A stretch of DNA of 64,000 nt from a virus. A program made the translations under genes and the position numbers. The notes below the pieces were generated by a model that was not told where the DNA came from, did no database searches, and saw nothing but the letters and a program-made list of their open reading frames with translations. Positions 1-9,692 of this stretch are shown one piece after another. The stretch is from the IMG/VR virus record IMGVR_UViG_3300005836_000015; one strand, written 5' to 3'. Position 1 is the stretch's first letter. Each line of letters begins with the position of its first letter.

Positions 1-7
1 GTCGTCA

Positions 8-343
8 TCAGATCGGGGTCCTCGGGGAGATGGGCTTGGAGAGCCGCCTACGGCCTCCAGCGGGCTTCTTGACGGCCTTCCAGGTGGGAGGCAGCCCAGA
101 GGCGCTCTCGACCGTCAGGAGCTGCCTGGAGGGCCCTGAGGAGGCATCCAGGCCGACTGCCAGAACCCGGAAGCGGCAATGAGGGCCGTCCATCTCCAGG
201 ACCTCGTGACGACCCTCGGGGGTGACCCGCTCGAGACGGAATCGCGGGAGGTAGAGGGGGTCTCCGATCCGAAGCAAGCCAGGAAGATCCAGCTTGATTT
301 TCGGCTCGCCTGCAATGTCTTCCAGCTTCACGACCGTGAGCAC
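8..343 (-). CDS. hypothetical protein
   Basis: 111-aa ORF with protein-like composition; no family recognised. Confidence 0.55.
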   Translation of the reverse strand: MLTVVKLEDIAGEPKIKLDLPGLLRIGDPLYLPRFRLERVTPEGRHEVLEMDGPHCRFRVLAVGLDASSGPSRQLLTVESASGLPPTWKAVKKPAGGRRRLSKPISPRTPI

Positions 344-973
344 GGTTCACCTCCAGGAGGGGCAAAAACAAAACCTCCGACCGGCGCTACCCAACCCGAG
401 AGGGCCGGTGTAGGGAGCCCATACACCTCGTTGACCCGGGGTGGGGTTACCAAGGCTCCCTTTTCCGAGAGGAACCGGAGCTCTTTTCGAAGAGCGTCGC
501 GCAAAAGCCTGTTTGCCCGGACGGGGCGGTCACTCTGGCCCCGGATAGCAGCTCCCTCCAAGAGGGGGAGCATCGGGCCTCCGAGGGAAGGATCCTCCGA
601 GAGGCCCCGCTCAAGTAGAACGCAGCACGAGGACGATCCAGCCATGAGGACTAGCTACACCATCCTCAGCCGTCTCTCAGCCAAGAGGATCTCCTAGATC
701 CTCTCTGATACGCGTTCCAAAACGGGATATCCAACAAACACCCTGATCCTCTTTCCCTCATCAACCCTTTTCCTCTTCCAAGACCTTCTAGTCCTCCTAC
801 CGAAGTAGACCCTCCCAGAACAGCAGCGACGAACCCTCCCCCAGGAGCGGATCCTCCCCGTTGTGCGGATGATGCCCCGTCGACGTTTTTCGATGGACCC
901 CCTCACGGCGTTCTGGTAGAAGTGAGCCACCTGTCGGGTTGCCCCTCCTCGGATCCTCCGAGCGGGCTCACTC

Positions 974-1417
974 GTGAAGGAGCAAGTCATGCTGAAGCGT
1001 GCCCGGGAAGTGATCGCTTCCGGAGATGTGAGGCAGGTCGTCGACTACGCGATCGAGGCGAACCGTCAGGCGAGCCAAGCCTCGGCCGAGCTGAACGAAG
1101 CGAAGGCGTTCCTCCGCACCTCTGCTCTCGGACAAGCCGACGGCTTCGATATCGTCGAGCTCGAGGGGAACCTCGGGGTCGCGACCGTCAGCTTCTCACG
1201 GGCCGAAGCGAAGCCGAGGAAGGGCTGGGACCTCAAGGACATCGAGGTCAACCTCCGCCCCGAGGTCTTCTCGGCGCTCTTCGCCAAGGAGATCGTGGTT
1301 CGTCCCGTCGATGACTTCGAGGACCGACTGGCCGATCTTCAGCCGGCGGAGCGGACGATCATCGACCGGTTCATCGAGATCCGGCCTTCTACGCCGAAAG
1401 TTCACCTGACGAAGTAG
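974..1417 (+). CDS. hypothetical protein
   Basis: 147-aa ORF with GC3-rich codon usage typical of this window. Confidence 0.7.
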   Translation: MKEQVMLKRAREVIASGDVRQVVDYAIEANRQASQASAELNEAKAFLRTSALGQADGFDIVELEGNLGVATVSFSRAEAKPRKGWDLKDIEVNLRPEVFSALFAKEIVVRPVDDFEDRLADLQPAERTIIDRFIEIRPSTPKVHLTK

Positions 1418-1937
1418 GGGCCCCTTGGTCGAGGAACGTTGCCGCGTAGGCCCATTGGATGGCCTCGTTCGTCTCGGTTCCGAACTGGGAGCCGACCTCC
1501 ATCGAGCGGCGGAAGAGCCTCCTGGCTTCCTCTCGGTCTCCTTCGAGAAGAGCCCCGACGGCCAGGCACCAGGGACCGAGGGCCATGAGGTGGAGCTCTT
1601 GTCCCTCTCGGGACCCCGGTTCGCACTTCGTCCTGAGCAGAGCCCTGGCCTCTTCGGAGCGGCCCCTTGCCCAGAGCGCCCAGGCGTGAGCCGTTCGCAT
1701 GAAGAGCTGGGTGGCCTCGTCCCCGTCGATCGTCAGCTCCGGAACCTCGAAGCCGAAGCCGAGCAGACGGGACATGGCGGCGTAGCTGAGCCAGCCGGTC
1801 GGGCCTTCGGGCGTGAAGTTCTCCCAGACGGTTCGCACGAGAGGCAGGGCATGATCGCCTGCTCCTTGGGCCATGCACGTGAGCAAGGTGCTGAGGGCCT
1901 TGGCTTCGGCAAGCGTTTGCTGGAGTTCGGAGTTCAC
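1389..1937 (-). CDS. hypothetical helical-repeat (TPR-like) protein
   Basis: 182-aa Ala/Leu-rich ORF with repeated EEARALL/EEARRLF helices. Confidence 0.55.
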   Translation of the reverse strand: MNSELQQTLAEAKALSTLLTCMAQGAGDHALPLVRTVWENFTPEGPTGWLSYAAMSRLLGFGFEVPELTIDGDEATQLFMRTAHAWALWARGRSEEARALLRTKCEPGSREGQELHLMALGPWCLAVGALLEGDREEARRLFRRSMEVGSQFGTETNEAIQWAYAATFLDQGAPTSSGELSA

Positions 1938-2281
1938 GATCGAAACCTAGACCCCTGCACTTCGCACGGAATCGCGCGAGAGTCGGGGCTCCCGCTGGTC
2001 GGTCGGCCTCATCTGGTGCGGGTACCTGACGAGGAGCACGAGGCCGGCGAGAACCGGACTCGAGATCCTAGATACACCGTGAGCTCCCGGAGGTCAACAG
2101 CCGCAAAATCCACGAGTTTTCCACAGAAGATCGTGGTCATCAAAATTCTTGACCCGGGCTCGGCCTCTTTGCTAAGCCGGGAGCTTCCTCCGCCTTGGTC
2201 GGTCGGGAGGGAGGAAGGAAAAATCGCGGTCCCTGCTTCATTTGGGGGTACCGCCGTTCGTAGGGAAGCACGAGGCATCGA

Positions 2282-3331
2282 ATGAGCGAACTACTGGTTG
2301 AGGTCCCCCTCTGGCACGAGAACGGGCCGGTCTGTCAGTGCGTCTGGCCGGAAGGGATCCCGCAGGACTACGACGAGTTCTACCGGGACTACTCGAAGTT
2401 CGTCGCGAACAAGGTGAAGCAGTACAACCGTGTCGACCGGAACATCGAGGACCTCCTCGGTGACATCTGGGTGAAGCTCCTCGGGAGCGACGTGCTGACC
2501 AAGTTCGTCGCCCGGGCAGCCCGGACCCTGCCGTCCACGCTTCCGGGGCGGGAAGCTGCGGCCCTGCTCGGGATGAGCTTCGACGAGTTCATGCTCGTCT
2601 GCCATCTCCTCGAGCCCACGGGCCTGGACTTCAAGCCGATCGAGGGCGACATCTACAGCGAGTCGGCGATTTGGAGGCGTGAAGACCTCCAGGACATCGA
2701 TGAAGCGCACCCGGAGAACGCCCGGTCTCGGCCTCGTCGGATGCTCTGGGTCTCGCCGCTCGCCTTCAAGGCGTACGTGACCCAAGCGATCCACAACCAC
2801 TTCGCCAACTGGTGCCGGACGCGTGCCCGGAAGTACAAGGACATGCTTCTGCCTGGAACGGCCCTCATCGGCCTTGCTGGGGACCAGTACTACCAGAAGG
2901 GCCACAACTTCGAGGCGCACGACTGGGAGAGCCAGCTCGTTGCCCTGTCGATGACGGACGAGGACCTGATCTCGGTCGTCGAGACCGTGCGGGCGGAGTT
3001 CACGGCGGCCGGGCTCGACCTCGATCAGGTCTCCGAGACCGAGACCTACACGATCGAAGGGGACAAGTGGGACCACCACCGACCGACGGAAGCGGCCCTC
3101 GCGGGCATCGAACTGATCGATTCGATGGTCGATATTCTCGATTCGATGGTCAAGGATCGGGAAAAGGGTCGGGTAGGCCCCCTGAACCCCGATCGGAAGC
3201 CGAAGTCGTACCGCAACCCTGGGGTCGTCGTGGCGAGCGAAATTACGCCTTTCGGGGACGGCAAGACCATCCGGGAAGCCGTGAAGATCCAGGCTCGGGC
3301 CCAGCACCGGCTCCGGACCAAGGACGCCTGA
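2282..3331 (+). CDS. sigma70/ECF-like factor with interrupted region 2
   Basis: YDEFYRDYSKFVANKV...IEDLLGDIWVKLL resembles regions 2.1-2.2; AFKAYVTQAIHNHFANWCR resembles 2.3-2.4; ~95-aa insert between them. Confidence 0.55.
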   Translation: MSELLVEVPLWHENGPVCQCVWPEGIPQDYDEFYRDYSKFVANKVKQYNRVDRNIEDLLGDIWVKLLGSDVLTKFVARAARTLPSTLPGREAAALLGMSFDEFMLVCHLLEPTGLDFKPIEGDIYSESAIWRREDLQDIDEAHPENARSRPRRMLWVSPLAFKAYVTQAIHNHFANWCRTRARKYKDMLLPGTALIGLAGDQYYQKGHNFEAHDWESQLVALSMTDEDLISVVETVRAEFTAAGLDLDQVSETETYTIEGDKWDHHRPTEAALAGIELIDSMVDILDSMVKDREKGRVGPLNPDRKPKSYRNPGVVVASEITPFGDGKTIREAVKIQARAQHRLRTKDA

Positions 3332-3362
3332 GTTTCTTCCTATGGCATGGCCTACCTGAGCC

Positions 3363-4139
3363 ATGCAGACAACGAGGCTAGCCTCCCAGGCGACTGCTCT
3401 TTCACGGCGGATCTTCGCATCGCTGCCGTGGGGCTATCGCCTGGCCCACCTGCTGACCAAGTTCGCGGTCGACACCCAAGAGGCGTTCGGCCGCTTCGCC
3501 TACGCCGAGTTCCTCAAGGCAGGGGTCGAGGGGCTCCCCGACATCGGGGGTCAGCCGGCGCTCTCCTTGAGGGACAAGATCCAGGGCCCGAGGGCGGCCG
3601 ACAAACTGCCCCGGGGGTACGGCCGGGACTTCGGGACGAAGGTCTGGAAAGTGGCCTTGGCGAAGTACCACAACCCGGAGATCGTCGAGGATGCGATCAG
3701 CCGGGTGATGATGAAGCTCGTGGCCGGGGATGCTCGGATCCGTGAGGGTTCCCCCCTGAAGGTCGCCGAGGGCTTCCTCATCACGGCGGTCCTCAACACG
3801 GCCACGGATCTCCTCCGGAAGAAGAAGTGGGAGAGCCCCTCGCTCGTTCGACGGGATGAAGAGAGCGGGGGCTACACGGAGATCGACATCACGGACCCCG
3901 GGGCCTTCAAGGATCTCGAGCACATGCTCCCCCGGTCCGAGATGATGAAGGTCATGCGGGACCTGAAGCAGGTCCACGATCGAGCTCCCTCGTGGGTCGA
4001 GGCCCAACTCGACGGCCTGTCGAACATCGAGATCGCCTCGGAGTGGGGCGTGAGCCCAGCAGCCGTGAGCCAGTGGGTCAAGAAGTACGAGCCCCAGATC
4101 GAAGCGGTCTTCAACAAGTACCTGCGCGCCGTCGCCTGA
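3363..4139 (+). CDS. RNA polymerase sigma factor (ECF-like)
   Basis: VEDAISRVMMKL...FLITAVLNTATDLLRKK (region 2) and LDGLSNIEIASEWGVSPAAVSQWV (region 4.2 HTH). Confidence 0.8.
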   Translation: MQTTRLASQATALSRRIFASLPWGYRLAHLLTKFAVDTQEAFGRFAYAEFLKAGVEGLPDIGGQPALSLRDKIQGPRAADKLPRGYGRDFGTKVWKVALAKYHNPEIVEDAISRVMMKLVAGDARIREGSPLKVAEGFLITAVLNTATDLLRKKKWESPSLVRRDEESGGYTEIDITDPGAFKDLEHMLPRSEMMKVMRDLKQVHDRAPSWVEAQLDGLSNIEIASEWGVSPAAVSQWVKKYEPQIEAVFNKYLRAVA

Positions 4140-4147
4140 GGAGTCCC

Positions 4148-4528
4148 ATGTCGCTTCGTCAAGCCGCCGAGGAGTTCGCGAACCTGGGGGTCAGCCGGCG
4201 GGTCGCCGCTCGGTACGCCGCCTCGTCGCTCAAGCCGCAGACCGAGGCGCTCATCAAGAAGATCGACGGGATCGATGCCGGGGCTCCGAAGAAGGAGATC
4301 CAGAAGTCGGTCAACGAGATCACCTCGTTCGGGCGCAAGCTGGAGAAGCAGCTCGAACAGCTCGACGGCAAGATGGACGGGAAGAAGCTGAACCGAGCGA
4401 TCGAACACGCCCAGGCGGTCTCGGCCTACGGCGACAACATCCTCCGGGACGCCGGGGACGCTGCGAAGGTCGACCGACACCTCGGCGGCGTCCAGACGGA
4501 GCTGAAGGAAGTCCTCAAGCTCCTGTGA
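4148..4528 (+). CDS. hypothetical protein with RVAARY motif
   Basis: ATG at 4148 after GAGGAG; helical 126-aa product. Confidence 0.65.
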   Translation: MSLRQAAEEFANLGVSRRVAARYAASSLKPQTEALIKKIDGIDAGAPKKEIQKSVNEITSFGRKLEKQLEQLDGKMDGKKLNRAIEHAQAVSAYGDNILRDAGDAAKVDRHLGGVQTELKEVLKLL

Positions 4529-4764
4529 GCGACCTCTTCCAGCGCCAGAAGGCCCTCCTGGACCAGTACCCGTACGAGTGGGTGCTCCTCATCGGCGACC
4601 AGCTCTTTGCCCACACGCCCGACGAGGCCATCATCTGGGACCTCTGGGACGCCGCCTGGAACGGCTGGAAGCAGGGACGGCCGGAGCCCATGGTCGTGCC
4701 CCCGCTGCCGAAACGAGGCGAGAAGCCCCCGCCGGTTCGTGGCCGGGGCGTCCGACCGGTGTAG
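4525..4764 (+). CDS. hypothetical protein
   Basis: 79-aa ORF; GTGA overlap with upstream stop. Confidence 0.6.
   Translation: MSDLFQRQKALLDQYPYEWVLLIGDQLFAHTPDEAIIWDLWDAAWNGWKQGRPEPMVVPPLPKRGEKPPPVRGRGVRPV
4756..4763 (+). promoter_or_regulatory. candidate phage promoter motif CCGGTGTA
   Basis: Recurring motif, 10 nt before the methyltransferase start. Confidence 0.55.
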
Positions 4765-4773
4765 GCGCAGGTC

Positions 4774-6384
4774 GTGATCGCCTTCGAGAACCAGGTCATC
4801 CTCGGCGACTGTTTGGAAGTCCTGCGAGGGCTGCCCGACAGCACCTTTGATTCGTGCGTGATGGATCCTCCCTACGGCCTCGGTGACGAACCGACGGTCG
4901 AGGAGATCCTGGCGTATCTTCAAGGGGCCGACCTCAAGACCGGGGACTTCATGGGGAAGGACTGGGACATCCCTTCGGTCCTCGTCTGGCGTGAGCTCTT
5001 CCGGGTACTGAAGCCTGGGGCTCACGTGTTGTCGTTCGGCGGGACTCGCACCTGGGATCTCCTCTCGCTTGGGGCCCGGGCTGCCGGGTTCGAGAAGCGA
5101 GACACGATCGCCAATGCGCACCCGGGATTGATGTGGGTTCAGGGGCAAGGAATGCCCAAGAGCACGAACATCTCGAAGCAGATCGACAAGAAGAAGGGGG
5201 CTAAACGGAAAGTCCTGGGTCCCGACCATGCCCGAAGGAAGAGGGCAAACAAAGGGACGACCTCCGAGATCCTTCCGAGCTACGACAAGCCCCGAGAGGC
5301 TCAGGCCGAGGCGGTCATCACGGAGCCGGCGACCGAAGAGGCCAAGACCTGGAACGGATGGGGGACCGGGCTGAAACCCACGTGGGAGCCCATCATGGTC
5401 TTTCGAAAGCCCCTCTCGGAGAAGACCCTCTCGGCCCAGGTGCTCAAGACGGGAACCGGGGGTCTGAACATCGATGCCTGTCGGGTGAGGCACTCGAGCC
5501 CGGAGGACTTCGAGAAGCACAAGGCAGGGGTCGAGGCCATCAAGGCCCGGGGCGGGTCGATGGACAACTCCTGGAAGAACAGCTCAGACTTGTCCGGGGC
5601 GAACGAGGTGACGAGCGCTGGCAGGTGGCCTCCCAACTTGGGCTTCACGCATTCGCCTGAGTGTCGGAACGTGGGGACGAAGCAGATTCCGGGGCACAAG
5701 GGGTATCCGCATGGTCCTGGTGGGAAGACCATGCATTATTCTAGCAGTAAGAGGAGTGCCGAGGTTAGACCGAATCCCTGGGCCGGCCACGCCGACGCCG
5801 ACGGCACTGAGACCATCGATGCCTGGGAATGTGCCCCTGGGTGCCCCGCAGCCGAACTGGATGCCCAGTCGGGGAACCGGCCGAGCACGCTCACCGGCCG
5901 AGCCGATCCGAACGCTCAGCACGAGAACCCGGGGGACAACCACGGCAAGTCCACGTTCGGTGGTGGCAACTCAAGGGTCTACGCAGACGAAGGAGGAGCC
6001 TCTCGATATTATCCTCAGTTCGAGGGACAAGGGCCGGTCGAGGTTCCGTTCCTCTACACGGGCAAGGCCACGAAGAAGGAGACGAGCCTCGACGGGGAGA
6101 TCAAGAACGACCACCCAACTAAAAAACCCTTAAAGTTGATGCAGTGGCTCGTTCGGCTCGTGACCCCCAAGGGAGGCATCACGATCGATCCCTACTGTGG
6201 TTCAGGCTCGACTCTTCATGCCGCCATCGAGGAGGGCATGAAGTACACGGGGATCGAGAAGGACCCCCATGCTCACAAGATCGCCTCGAAACGCATGGAG
6301 ATCGTCGAGGGTCGAGCGCGAGACTACCAGGGACAGAGGAGTCTCTTCGACCTCGCCATGGGTGGGCTCGAAGACGATGAGTAA
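4774..6384 (+). CDS. DNA N6-adenine/N4-cytosine methyltransferase (beta class)
   Basis: DPPY catalytic motif near N-term, HPTKKP, DPYCGSGST SAM-binding motif near C-term. Confidence 0.93.
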   Translation: MIAFENQVILGDCLEVLRGLPDSTFDSCVMDPPYGLGDEPTVEEILAYLQGADLKTGDFMGKDWDIPSVLVWRELFRVLKPGAHVLSFGGTRTWDLLSLGARAAGFEKRDTIANAHPGLMWVQGQGMPKSTNISKQIDKKKGAKRKVLGPDHARRKRANKGTTSEILPSYDKPREAQAEAVITEPATEEAKTWNGWGTGLKPTWEPIMVFRKPLSEKTLSAQVLKTGTGGLNIDACRVRHSSPEDFEKHKAGVEAIKARGGSMDNSWKNSSDLSGANEVTSAGRWPPNLGFTHSPECRNVGTKQIPGHKGYPHGPGGKTMHYSSSKRSAEVRPNPWAGHADADGTETIDAWECAPGCPAAELDAQSGNRPSTLTGRADPNAQHENPGDNHGKSTFGGGNSRVYADEGGASRYYPQFEGQGPVEVPFLYTGKATKKETSLDGEIKNDHPTKKPLKLMQWLVRLVTPKGGITIDPYCGSGSTLHAAIEEGMKYTGIEKDPHAHKIASKRMEIVEGRARDYQGQRSLFDLAMGGLEDDE

Positions 6385-6419
6385 CCCCTTCTTCTCGAAG
6401 GACTCTACCAGGAGAGCCT

Positions 6420-6797
6420 GTGAACAATCCTTTCAAGCTCGACTCGACGCCCCTCCCGACCGACTGGGATAACCTCCAGGACCTCTTCGCCGACATGAAG
6501 AAATTCGCGGAAGATAACCCGGGGCACACTATCCTCCCCGCTGACGACACTGGGCAGCACTACCAGCCGTGGAGGGTTCCTCGTTTGGGATGGACAGCAT
6601 TCCTCGACAACGCCGCAGACGAGCAGGCGAAGATGTTGACCATCAAGCTCGTCAACGTGAAGAACGTCATCGCATCGGGGCACGCCTTCTCGGACGCCCT
6701 TCGAGAGAGCCTGCGGACGCCACTCGGGAAGCAGAAGCTCCTCGAATCCGTGATCGGTCGTCCGCCTATTCCCACTGGCCCCGCAGCCACGACTTGA
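6420..6797 (+). CDS. hypothetical protein
   Basis: 125-aa ORF following GGAGAG RBS. Confidence 0.6.
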   Translation: MNNPFKLDSTPLPTDWDNLQDLFADMKKFAEDNPGHTILPADDTGQHYQPWRVPRLGWTAFLDNAADEQAKMLTIKLVNVKNVIASGHAFSDALRESLRTPLGKQKLLESVIGRPPIPTGPAATT

Positions 6798-7438
6798 GGC
6801 TCCAGGTCTTGTTGGTCCGGTGGTCGGTGACCCGATCATCCTGGGTACGGTAGGTCCTGATCTTGTCGCCCCTCATGCCGGTTCCGACCTGACCTCGACG
6901 AGCTGCATCTCGAGCCTCACGAGCTCTGCCTTCTTCGGCCTCGTTGAGTTTGGCGGCAAGGATCTGAAGGGCCACCGACCGGCTCTGGTGCTGCGAACGC
7001 ATGTCGACCCGGACCCTCAGCCCGGTCGGCTTGTGCGTGGCGACGACGCAGGAGTCGGTCTTGTTCCGATGTTGACCTCCGGGACCGCTCCCCCGAGTCG
7101 TCTGGATGTCCACGTCGGACTCGTTCAGACGGAAGCGGGTCGGAGCATCCGGATGGAGCACGGCAACCGTGACCGTCGAGGTCTGCATGCGACCCCGCTT
7201 CTCCGTGGGCGGGACGCGTTGAAAGCGATGCCCTCCGGCTTCGTCACGGAAGAGCCGCTTGGCGCCTTGGCCGGTGAACAGGACCGAGAGGAATCCCGGC
7301 CGTTCGTCTACGAGTTCCGAGTCAAAGACCCCTCCGCTCCGCAGCCTTCACAAAGGCCGAGCAGAGGTCCTGGACGAGGAGCTTTGCATCCTCGCCACCT
7401 TCCGCAGCACGGAATTCGATGACGACGGACTCGATCAT
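6766..7438 (-). CDS. class I peptide chain release factor-like protein (domains 2-4), +1 programmed frameshift
   Basis: Frame 0 (7438-7325) IEFRAAEGGEDAKLL; after +1 shift at CTT-TGA-C the frame is open to 6766 with GGHRFQRVPPTEKRGRMQTS, GSGPGGQHRNKTDS (GGQ) and IRTY; ATG overlaps the upstream stop (ATGA). Confidence 0.9.
7321..7335 (-). promoter_or_regulatory. prfB-type +1 frameshift cassette
   Basis: Minus strand GGAGG GGT CTT TGA C: internal SD 3 nt before CUU-UGA-C, as in bacterial prfB. Confidence 0.88.
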
Positions 7439-7758
7439 GCCCCCGAGCATAGCCGAGCCTTGGCCTTGTGGCCAAGTTTTTTGATCGCCCGCTCCCGTCG
7501 GATCGCATCGACCTGGCACATGGGGCCCTCGATGTAGGCGACGTCCCATGGCCTCCCGGTTCGGGTGAACTTCGCCCCGCCCGAGACCTCTCCGTTGTGC
7601 TTCCGGAGGCGCTCCTCGAGATCGACGGTCATCCCCGTGTAGAACTTGGGGAGAACGGGGCTCTTCAGGATGTAGACGAACCAGCGCACGTCTTCACTTG
7701 CAGAAGGCACAGGAAGTGTTCGCTTCCTGCCACTGGGACGAGCCCTCTTCGTAGCCAT
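7435..7758 (-). CDS. GIY-YIG nuclease family protein
   Basis: WFVYILKS...FYTGMTVDLEERLRKHN...GGAKFTR...E motifs. Confidence 0.9.
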   Translation of the reverse strand: MATKRARPSGRKRTLPVPSASEDVRWFVYILKSPVLPKFYTGMTVDLEERLRKHNGEVSGGAKFTRTGRPWDVAYIEGPMCQVDAIRRERAIKKLGHKAKARLCSGA

Positions 7759-8356
7759 CTCGAAGCCCGTGCCTGTAGAGCAAGACGTTCAGGCATCGTT
7801 CGCAGGAGGTTGCTGCGATGATGACGGCTCGCTCGAAGGGTTGCGGTACGATTGTGTGTCCCCTGACTTCGGCGACGTGGATCTCGTCAGGCGTCGGCCG
7901 GGTCATGGCGAGTACAAGGTCCACGGGGTAGCTCGACTCGCCCCGGAAAGCCTCCCTGCTTCCTCCGCCGGTCCACTCGACGGGCCAGGGTTCGCCGACC
8001 TTCTTGGTCTGGCTGCCTCCGCAGAAGCGGCAGATGCGTCCCTCGAGTCCCTCGATCAGGCCGTGGTCCTTCAGGATCTCGGGATGATCGCAGGCGTCTA
8101 CCTCCTCTTGGGAGATTAGCCTGAGCACGTTCTCCGTCAGTATTCGAGGGAAACGGCTGTGCTGGTACTTGAACCCCGGAGGTGGTGGAGGATCGAAAGG
8201 GTTGCCCTTGAGGTTGGGCTCCCACTTGTCTCCCTTCTCGTTCTCAAACCAGAGGGTCGGGAGGGGAACATTCAGGTTGATCGCAACCTTGTGCCCTCTC
8301 CTCTGCGGTAGAACTTGAGCAAGAAGGTAACGAAGGGCGACACGCCTGGGGCTCAC
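7694..8356 (-). CDS. hypothetical Cys-containing protein with RVALRY motif
   Basis: GTG at 8356 overlaps upstream TGA; CRFC, CERC, CAFC motifs. Confidence 0.65.
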   Translation of the reverse strand: MSPRRVALRYLLAQVLPQRRGHKVAINLNVPLPTLWFENEKGDKWEPNLKGNPFDPPPPPGFKYQHSRFPRILTENVLRLISQEEVDACDHPEILKDHGLIEGLEGRICRFCGGSQTKKVGEPWPVEWTGGGSREAFRGESSYPVDLVLAMTRPTPDEIHVAEVRGHTIVPQPFERAVIIAATSCERCLNVLLYRHGLRDGYEEGSSQWQEANTSCAFCK

Positions 8357-8979
8357 CACGTGAGGTCTCCTGCTAGCTTCTTCATCCGCAGGCGAGTGAC
8401 GACCCAAGGTCCGAAGGCGGTGGCAGCGAAGAGGCCCCCAGCCCAGCGTTTGGCGTCGTAGTCCGTCTGGGTCTTCATGGCCCGGTCACGCCGGCACTTG
8501 ATGTTGAAATCGGCAGCTTCGATCATCGCTTTGCCGTAGATACCCCAGGCGGGGGCGTGGGCCATGATCCAGACAGAGTAGTCGACGAAGCCCTCTTCGT
8601 AGAAGGGATCCCCCTCGGGGAAGGCGGCGAGGGAAGCGTGGATGAGCTCGTGGGTGATTTTCTCGAGCGTGATCCCGGGCTTGCCCGCCACGACCGAGGG
8701 GCTCAGCCGGATCTGGCCCGAACCGGGCTCGAAACTGGCGTTGGCTCCGGAGCAGTGAGCTCCGTCGGTGAGGGGAAGGATCGTGGGGAGGGGCTCGGTG
8801 GCGTAGGGCCCGAGGGCATGGGCGACGAAGGTGTAGCTGATGGTCGCCCACTGCTCGATGAAGCGGTCCCATTCGGATCCGCAGATGTTGCACGTGAAGC
8901 GACCCGAAGCGGTCCGCCGACGGCGAGAAGCCTCTTCGAAGAGTGCAGACACCTCATCCGGTAGCTTCAGCTTCGGCAT
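8353..8979 (-). CDS. putative zincin-like metallopeptidase
   Basis: ITHELIHASL (HEXXH) followed by downstream EEG. Confidence 0.65.
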   Translation of the reverse strand: MPKLKLPDEVSALFEEASRRRRTASGRFTCNICGSEWDRFIEQWATISYTFVAHALGPYATEPLPTILPLTDGAHCSGANASFEPGSGQIRLSPSVVAGKPGITLEKITHELIHASLAAFPEGDPFYEEGFVDYSVWIMAHAPAWGIYGKAMIEAADFNIKCRRDRAMKTQTDYDAKRWAGGLFAATAFGPWVVTRLRMKKLAGDLTW

Positions 8980-9026
8980 CACAGGGGAGGCGGCAAAAGA
9001 AGAAGTTCTTGTGCCCGACCCTGATC

Positions 9027-9692
9027 ATGCCGAACGAGATGCCGGGTGCCGGAGGGCAATTCATCCAGACCAACATGGGAACGCCCACCGTCGGGCTGAA
9101 CCAGGCAGCGAACTGGGGCGGCTCCTCGATGCAGCCGCACACGGTCGTCCCTCTTCTGCCCGGGCAGGTCTTCGGAACTCGAGGGACCGGAAAGACCAGC
9201 CTCGCAGCCGACCCCCGGTTTGGAGGGGGCTACCTCCTGAGCGGTACCCAGGGGACCATCGACCTCCTCGTGACGATGGGGGCGACAGGAGCCGCTCGAA
9301 CGATCTGCTACCTCACGGACGACTTGGTGACGCCGACCCGGTACATCGCCGTCAAGATGGACAACGCCAACAAGCCCTTCGCCAAGATCACGAACAACCT
9401 CGGGTCCGTCATCGGCGTGATGACCCCGGCTACTGCCGTCGGAGCCGGGCTGACGGCCTCGATCCGTCTGGCCTGGAATTCCCTGGGAGCCGTCGATGTT
9501 CTGAGCGGTCGTCATGCGAGCTTCCGCTTGAACCGGGAGATCGCAGCGGGTAGTACCTGGACGACGGATCCGACGGCCGACTGGGCCAGCTTCCAGCCCC
9601 ACTACCTCGTGTGCGGCGGTTTGCTCTTCGGGGACTCCGACTTCAACGGGAGCATCCTCTCCGTCCAGCTCTCGAACGTCGTGACCCCCTGA
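9027..9692 (+). CDS. hypothetical beta-rich protein (possibly structural or lectin-like)
   Basis: Gly/Thr-rich ORF; start chosen at MPNEM; family not recognised. Confidence 0.55.
   Translation: MPNEMPGAGGQFIQTNMGTPTVGLNQAANWGGSSMQPHTVVPLLPGQVFGTRGTGKTSLAADPRFGGGYLLSGTQGTIDLLVTMGATGAARTICYLTDDLVTPTRYIAVKMDNANKPFAKITNNLGSVIGVMTPATAVGAGLTASIRLAWNSLGAVDVLSGRHASFRLNREIAAGSTWTTDPTADWASFQPHYLVCGGLLFGDSDFNGSILSVQLSNVVTP

Noticed and set aside
6420-6797. LRTPLGKQKLLES as a capsid-protein-like motif
   Set aside because: Only a short impression in a 125-aa protein, with no capsid fold or structural gene context.
6766-7438. Calling the release factor prfH or prfB
   Set aside because: It lacks domain 1 like PrfH but is not adjacent to rtcB. 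It has PxT rather than SPF, so no symbol was given.
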